This document shows positions 57,722-64,000 of a stretch of 64,000 nucleotides of DNA, one piece after another. The position numbers were made by a program, and so were the translations under genes. The stretch spans positions 352,001-416,000 of the forward strand of contig CAWIBO010000002.1 of the NCBI GenBank assembly GCA_963834385.1. Direction: 5' to 3'. Positions within the stretch are counted from its first letter, which is position 1, and the number at the start of each line of letters is the position of its first letter. Below the pieces are notes generated by a model. The model was not told where the DNA came from, ran no database searches, and saw nothing but the letters and a program-made list of their open reading frames with translations. This DNA is from an uncultured Verrucomicrobiae bacterium (GTDB lineage Bacteria; Verrucomicrobiota; Verrucomicrobiia; Chthoniobacterales; UBA10450).

Positions 57722-58339
57722 CTACCCCGCGCCGACTCTTGCGATGGCGAGGAATTGCAGCGCGCGGCCGAAGAGGAGATTAATGCCGGGAGGGTACAGG
57801 TTCATCCGGTCCAGCCGCAAAACCGGCTGAAGTTTCAGGCGGTCGAGGACCTCAGTCCATTCGCGCGCAGTCCGATATCGAAAAAGGCAGGGCACTCCGT
57901 GAGGCGCGTTCGCCGCCCAGTCGATGAGGCAAATTCGTTGGTAGGCCAGGGGACCACTTATCTGGTGGTCTTTGATGACTACCAACCTGCGGGAGACCCG
58001 AAGACACTCCTTCAAAAGATCGTCGGAAGATTCCTCATGATGGAGGACATCTGCCAGGATGACGACGTCGTAAGAGCGATCGTCGAAGGGAAACCGTGTT
58101 CCCTCGTAGGGCATGACCTTGATTGGCTCACCGCCCCGTCTGTGTTTCTCCAGGCCATGAACAACAAGGTCCTTTTGCGGATTCGCGTTCAATAGGCCCG
58201 CGCCGAGGGCTCCGACCCCGCAACCGACATCCAGAACGTGGTCGCCGGCTTGCAGGTGGGGAGAGATCGTCCTGACCAGAACCTCGAGACGCCTTTGATA
58301 GATCGGACGATGCAAAGCCAGGAGGAAAGTTTTGAGCAT
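57722..58339 (-). CDS. Class I SAM-dependent methyltransferase
   Basis: VLDVGCGVG, PFDDRSYDVV..DVLHH. Confidence 0.88.
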   Translation of the reverse strand: MLKTFLLALHRPIYQRRLEVLVRTISPHLQAGDHVLDVGCGVGALGAGLLNANPQKDLVVHGLEKHRRGGEPIKVMPYEGTRFPFDDRSYDVVILADVLHHEESSDDLLKECLRVSRRLVVIKDHQISGPLAYQRICLIDWAANAPHGVPCLFRYRTAREWTEVLDRLKLQPVLRLDRMNLYPPGINLLFGRALQFLAIARVGAG

Positions 58340-58346
58340 ATCGGGA

Positions 58347-59812
58347 CTATCTGGTTTCGAAGATTCGGAAAGCGTGCAGTGCGTGCGTTTGCACCAGGCC
58401 ATGTTCCGCGGCGTAACGGACCGTTTTCCCTTCAGGATCGTAGATGTCTCCCTTCGAAAGAACGATCATGTCGGGTTTAGGCAACCGCGAAAGGCGCGTA
58501 GGCGATGGGGTCAGGACCGGACTGGACGGTTGGTCGAGCGGCAACCCGTAAAAGAGGCCGGTGCTCCGGTCTGCCATCCACCAGATACGCGCACCCTTGG
58601 AGAGGGCTCGGTGGATCATTTCAGACGCACCACGATAATCGTCCCGCGCGTGTCTTGCGGCAAAGCGCACTTCGAGGGCGGAAGCGAGGAAAACTGCCGG
58701 AAGGACGGAGAGAGTGCAACGCGCGCCCACCGTCCGTTCTTTGTCCCCAACTGGCGCATGCCCAAAGCCAGGGCAAAAAGGACGAAAGGGAACAACGGCA
58801 TGAGGTGACGCCCAAGGATCCGGACGTGTGAAATGTTCCCCGCAAGCATCACGAGCCCCAAGGGAAGGAGAACGCCCAGGAGAACAGCCAGGGCCTGACG
58901 ACTTCTCCACCAAGTCGCAGGCAGCGATCGCCAGGCTTGCCAGGCAATGATGATCAGGGCGAAAACTCCCAGAGCCAGGGGCAGGGCATGCTTTGCGAGG
59001 GCACCGGCAACGTTCACGCGCATCTGGGTTCGACCCGGCCCGAAGCCCGCGAGCCCCAGCTGCTCGTAAAGAACAAAGAAGAGATTCGCGATGTTGGTCG
59101 TGGCAATGGCCGAGGCCCGTGCGCCCAGCTGGATGGTCCAGCCATAATAAACGGCCAGGGCCGTCATGGCAGCGAGGAAGCCCAGGACGATCGGAAGATT
59201 GTCGCGGAGCAGCCGGAAAAAATTCTCACGGCCAAGCAGCACGGCGACCCCGGCGAGCCATCCCACTGTCCACGGCACGGCCACCAGACTGGTGGCGGCA
59301 ACGAGGAAAAGTCCCAGAAAGGATACCGCCAATGGAGCAAGCGTCCGGTTACCGGCATTGACCTCCTCGACCAGCCGAATGAGTCCGGCGAGGGCAACGC
59401 AGGAGGCGGCAAAAAGGAGAATATAAGGACGGGCTTCCGAAAGGTAGTACCAGGTGAACGCGTTGGTCAGCGCAAGAGCGGTGAACCAGAATTGCATCCT
59501 CGGCCGACCTTGCAGCGCCCAAAGGGCCGCCGCCAGGCCGGCGAAAAGGAGCGGGACGTTGGCCGTTCGAAGAGAAACTTCGCTTGCTCCGAAAAGTTTT
59601 TCCCAGCCCCACAGGTAGAAAAGGTGCGGCAGGAGTTGAAGATTTGAATGGCCCTCCACCCGCAGCGCATGCCACCAGTCGACCACTGAAGGTTGGATCG
59701 CCTTCATTCCGGCGGCACCCTCGTCTATCCAGAAGCTCTGGTTCGAAATGGCGAAGGCGCTAACTATGAGTGTGGCAATCGCCAGGAGCAGGAGCTTTAA
59801 TGGGCCTGACAT
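58347..59812 (-). CDS. GT-C/PMT-like membrane glycosyltransferase; frameshift near 58700
   Basis: SFWIDE, SEARPY, GRHL, many TMs; C-terminal DDYRGA in a shifted frame. Confidence 0.7.
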
Positions 59813-59844
59813 GCGGTTAACCTAGCTCTCCCAAAATTCCGCGA

Positions 59845-61286
59845 ATGCAAGCTCCGGCCGGCAACGGTTCTTCTGAAGCCCCGCTCTGTGTTGATCTCGA
59901 CGACACGCTTCTGCGGACCGATCTGCTCTACGAATCTCTCCTCCTCCTTGCCCTGCGGGCGCCTTCTTCCCTGCTACGGGTGCCCCTTTGGCTCTGGCAG
60001 GGACGAGCCAGCCTCAAGCGGCGGTTGACGGAGCAGGCGATCGACGTCGCTCGTCTCCCTTTCCGCGCTGACCTCTTGGAATATTTGCGAGCCGAGCGCG
60101 CGCGTGGCCGGCGCCTCGTTCTCGTTACGGCGACCGACAGGCACCTTGCGCACTTGATTCAGGAACACCTGCAACTGTTTGACGAGGTCCTGGGCAGCGA
60201 TGGCGCAGTGAATCTTAAAGGACCTGCCAAAGCGCGGATTCTCGAGGACAGGTTCGGAAAAGCGCAATTTGATTATGCCGGGGATTCGCGCGCCGATCTT
60301 CATGTCTGGCGGTCGGCCCGCCGGGCGGTGGTGATTTCCGATAGCGCCCGGTTTATCGCGGGGGTAAAGAGCATCATTCCCGTGACGAAAACCTTTCCGA
60401 AATCGACGCGTCCGGCCGAGGCCTTGTTTCGGGCCTGTCGTCCCCATCAGTGGGCGAAGAATCTTCTCGTCCTGGTTCCGATCGTTACCGCGCATCGGAT
60501 GGCCGATTTCCCAGTTGTTCTTGCGGGAATCCTGGCCTTCATCAGTTTCAGCCTCCTCGCCTCCAGTGTTTATCTTTGGAATGACATGCTGGATCTGGAA
60601 TCGGACCGTGGACATGCGACGAAGCGGAACCGGCCACTCGCGGCGGGACAGGTGAGCATCCCGGCGGCCGCCGCCCTGGCCTCGCTGCTTTTGCTCGCTG
60701 GCCTGGCAGTGGGCGCTCTTACGGGGCCGGGCTTCCTTCTCATCGCTGGAATCTACCTCGTCAGCAATTTCGCGTATTCGACCTGGCTGAAGCGCGTCGT
60801 CATGCTCGACGTGGTCATTCTGGCCTGCTTTTACACCCTTCGCCTCCTCGGGGGCGGGGCGGCCACGGGTATCGGGGTCTCCGACTGGCTGCTGGCGTTC
60901 TCCGTCTTCTTCTTCTTCGGCCTCGCCATGGTCAAGAGGTATCAGAGCTCCGCCTGGTGGCGGAAAATGATGTGATGCCGGTAATGGGCCGCGGGTATGT
61001 CGCGACCGATTTGGAGCCCGTCCGGGCCTTTGGAATCGCCGCCGGAATGCTCTCGGTCTTGGTCATGGTCCTGTACGTCATGAGCCCTGAAGTGAGGATC
61101 CTGTATCAGCGTCCTTCGCTGCTCCTGCTGCTTTGTCCCTTGCTCCTTTACTGGATCGCCCGGCTTTGGTTCAAGGCGAACCGGGGGGAAGTGCCGCAGG
61201 ATCCTGTCCTTTTCGCGCTGACGGATCGAACGAGCTACCTGACCGGCCTTCTGAGCGCGCTGGTTTTGTATGCCGCCGCGCGGTAA
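59845..61286 (+). CDS. HAD-domain + UbiA prenyl-phosphate phosphoribosyltransferase fusion; frameshift near 60945
   Basis: VDLDDTL, YAGDS..D; RPHQWAKN, NDMLDLESDRGH..KRNRPLAAG; DPVLFALTD. Confidence 0.88.
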
Positions 61287-61299
61287 GGCCGGATGACCG

Positions 61300-62410
61300 G
61301 TGTCAGCTGATCGTGACGTGAGAGTTTGTTTCTACTGCGCCGACCAGCATCCGGAGAAGGACCGGACGCGAGGCATCACTCGCTACACCGAGGAACTGGC
61401 TACTGCGCTTGCTCGGTACACCGATGTGGAAATTTTAGTTGCGACCTCTCCGTCGGCAATTTCCCTGCCAGAGGCCGCGGGGACCCGGCTATTGCCGTTC
61501 CGGACCAGCAATCCTGCCGGACGTCTCCTTGCCGATGAATGTCATCCCCTGTTCTTTCGCGGCAGCGTTGATCTTTGGCATTATCCAAAGGGATTTCTAC
61601 CGAGGCTTCCTAGCCGCCCCTTTATGCGTCGCCACGGTGCATGATGCCATTCTGCCGTTTTACGCCCGCTTTTATCCGACTCACCGATCGAAACTGGCCT
61701 ACGCCTACTGGCTTTCCAGGTTCGAGTTAACCCTGAGGCGCGCGCCGACGATCATCACAGTCTCGAAAAACGCCGCACGCCAGATCACCTGCTTTTGTTC
61801 TGAGCGAGGAATACCGGAGCCTGCGATCAGGGTGATCTACCTGGGAGCCGATTGGAGCCACGATTCCACAGGTGAGACGAAAGAAGACATGGTGATTCAT
61901 CTGGCCTCTCCGGAACCGCACAAGAAAACCGCGCAGCTGTTGCGCTGGTGGAAGGAAATTCTGGGAACCGGACGAGACCTGCCAAGGCTGCGATTGGTCG
62001 GCCGGATGGATGCGGAAAGCCTTTCCCTGGCGACGGCCCTGCCAAACATCGATCTATCGGCACCGGCGTCCAAAGGGGAATTGATGCGACTGATGAGCAA
62101 GGCAAGAGCGCTGCTCTTCCCCTCAGAAATCGAGGGCTTCGGATTGCCTGCGCTGGAGGCTTATGGGGTTTTCACCCCGGTGGTCTACCGAGCAGGGACG
62201 GCCGTGGAGGAAGTTCTCCAAGGGTCGACCGGAGCGTTTCACGAAAACACGTCTGGATCCTTCGAAGCGGCTCTCAAAGCCGTGCTTGCCCTTGAGCTTT
62301 CGGACGTGCGGCAGATCGCCAGCGTTTTGCGCGCCAAATTCTCCTGGGAAAAATGTGCGAAAGAAACCGCAACGGTCTATCGCGAGGCGATGGGGCGCAA
62401 AATTGACTGA
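61300..62410 (+). CDS. GT4-family glycosyltransferase; frameshift near 61615
   Basis: GITRY, TVHD, TVS, PHK, FPSEIEGFGLPALEA, FSWEKCA. Confidence 0.85.
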
Positions 62411-63901
62411 GTGGACGAACGATGCAGCGAGGCGGGTTCGGGGGAAACGTTCCGAAGCTTGCCGGCCACCGCTGAAGTCCCAACGCCGACAAAGCTCCAG
62501 AACGTGATGCCTCCCATCGGACCCTCCAGGACCACGCCGAAACTGGCGGCTCCCAAGAGAACGAACATCGAAGCCCAGGGAGCCAGGACACTCTGGGGAA
62601 GCCGCCCTGCAGCAACAGCGCGCGCCGTCAGGAAAGCCTCGCGTGCTATAAGGAAGATAACGGCCGTAAACAGGATCAGGCCGACAAAGCCAAGGCGCCC
62701 GAAGATGGTCAACCAGATGCTGTGCGGACTTCGCGTCGTAAAGCCGTCACCTCTGTTGGCGAAATAGCGGCGAACAAACTCGTCGGCCAAATTGTAGCCG
62801 AACCCCAAACCGAAAACGGGGTTGCCGGTCAGGGTCTCCTCGATTACCGCCTGCCACCAAGTGGTCCGGAACCGGTTGTTGTCCGCCGACACTTCTCCGA
62901 ACTCCGCCCCGATAACTGCCCGACCCGGAGATGTCGACGATCGACTGCACCTTGTCCGCTGCTTTGGTTGCGAGGCCAGAGCCTGTATTGAGCCCGGCAA
63001 AATTAAGAAAGAGCAGCGTGAGCCCGGCCAGTACGGCCGAAAGACCGACGCTGGCAGGAAGCCCGGGCCTTCTGGCCAGCATGAGCAGGCCGAAAGCGAG
63101 CATCATGCCGAGAAAGACGGCGCGGGAGAAGAGGAACAGGATGCTCCCGGCAAAAACAATCGCCACCAGGACGTTGGCGGCTCGCAGGATCCCGGAGGTC
63201 GGATAAAAATAAAGATAGAGCGCGGAGCAGATCAAGGAAACCGACGAGAAGATCCCCTTTTGGAAGAAGATGGGCACGTTTCCCAGCCGCACAGAATAGA
63301 GAAGGCTGGGCGCCAGCAGTGTCAGGAACATGACGGGGAGCAGAATCCAGGCGCTGAGGAGAAGGCACTTCCTCAAGAACCTCTGCCCTTCCTCCGTCGA
63401 ACCGATGCGATAAGCGACAAAAAAGAAGAACGCGTAATACGCGATGGCGGAATCACGCAGGGTGTCGATCGCGCTGCCGCCACTGGTCTTAAAGAACAGA
63501 TCGAAAAACAGACGGAGCAGACCGTAACCCAGGAAGGCACTGATCGCGTAGGAGAGAGGGAAATTCGGAATCGGCGACTGCCGCTTGGTGGCCATGTCGC
63601 ACACCCATCAGGGCGAGAGAAATGGCCAGGCCCACTTCCCCGACGAAAAGGGGACCGGGGCCAAGACGCAGCTGGGCGAAGCCGCGATTCCCGATAAAGT
63701 AGCCGATCAGGAGAAAACCAAGGACAAGCGCGTCGATGGGCACCTCCCTTTGAGGAGGAATGAATAGGCTCCAAGCAGGATGACGCCGCCCGCGAAGATC
63801 ACCGGGACCAGCCACAGCGCGTCCCCACGAAGAGACGCAAGAATGACCGCTACGAGCAGGCCAAGGATTGCAACGATCAGACTCTTAACCTTCTCAGACA
63901 C
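62377..63901 (-). CDS. O-antigen ligase/Wzy-like polymerase; frameshifts near 63745, 63603 and 62912
   Basis: Polytopic; NRGFA, FSRA, NPVFGLGFG, RSPHS...FGRLGFVGL, spread across four ORF pieces. Confidence 0.8.
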
Positions 63902-64000
63902 AGGGAAGTGTTCGTTTCGGTCTACCGGGTGTCAACCGGGCATCCTGTGAGGCACCAACGGAAGCTCATGACGGCATAATGGAAGAACTGCCGCGATCGG

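Overview
GC-rich bacterial chromosomal window. Gene content and repeat types suggest Verrucomicrobiota, possibly Chthoniobacterales-like; this is inference, not a database result. It holds about 58 genes. Housekeeping: dnaE (5'-truncated), recF, ald, rnpA-yidD-yidC-jag, nhaA, a TamB plus BamA/TamA pair, fcl, lpxB, mutL. Metabolism: a Phe/Tyr catabolic cluster (hppD-hmgA, convergent phhA) with an embedded pterin-cofactor pathway (folE, a three-domain PTPS, an SDR); a nucleoside-salvage operon (short ALDH, deoB, pdp) containing a signal-peptide-bearing PD-(D/E)XK nuclease-like gene; kynurenine-pathway genes split by an accessory block (higBA, DUF2277, DUF2975/HTH, beta-propeller plus MoaD-like). 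Also present: an ECF sigma/anti-sigma pair, a RAYT transposase with cognate GGAG-foot REP doublets at four loci, and an exosortase/EpsI plus lower-GC glycosylation region at the right end. About 14 frameshifts, one in essential yidC, look like sequencing or assembly indels rather than real pseudogenes. Best candidates for undescribed biology: the triple-domain PTPS with complementary catalytic residues in a putative BH4 operon, the exported restriction-endonuclease-fold protein in the deo operon, the feet-inward REP doublet/RAYT system, and a ~180-nt structured intergenic RNA candidate.
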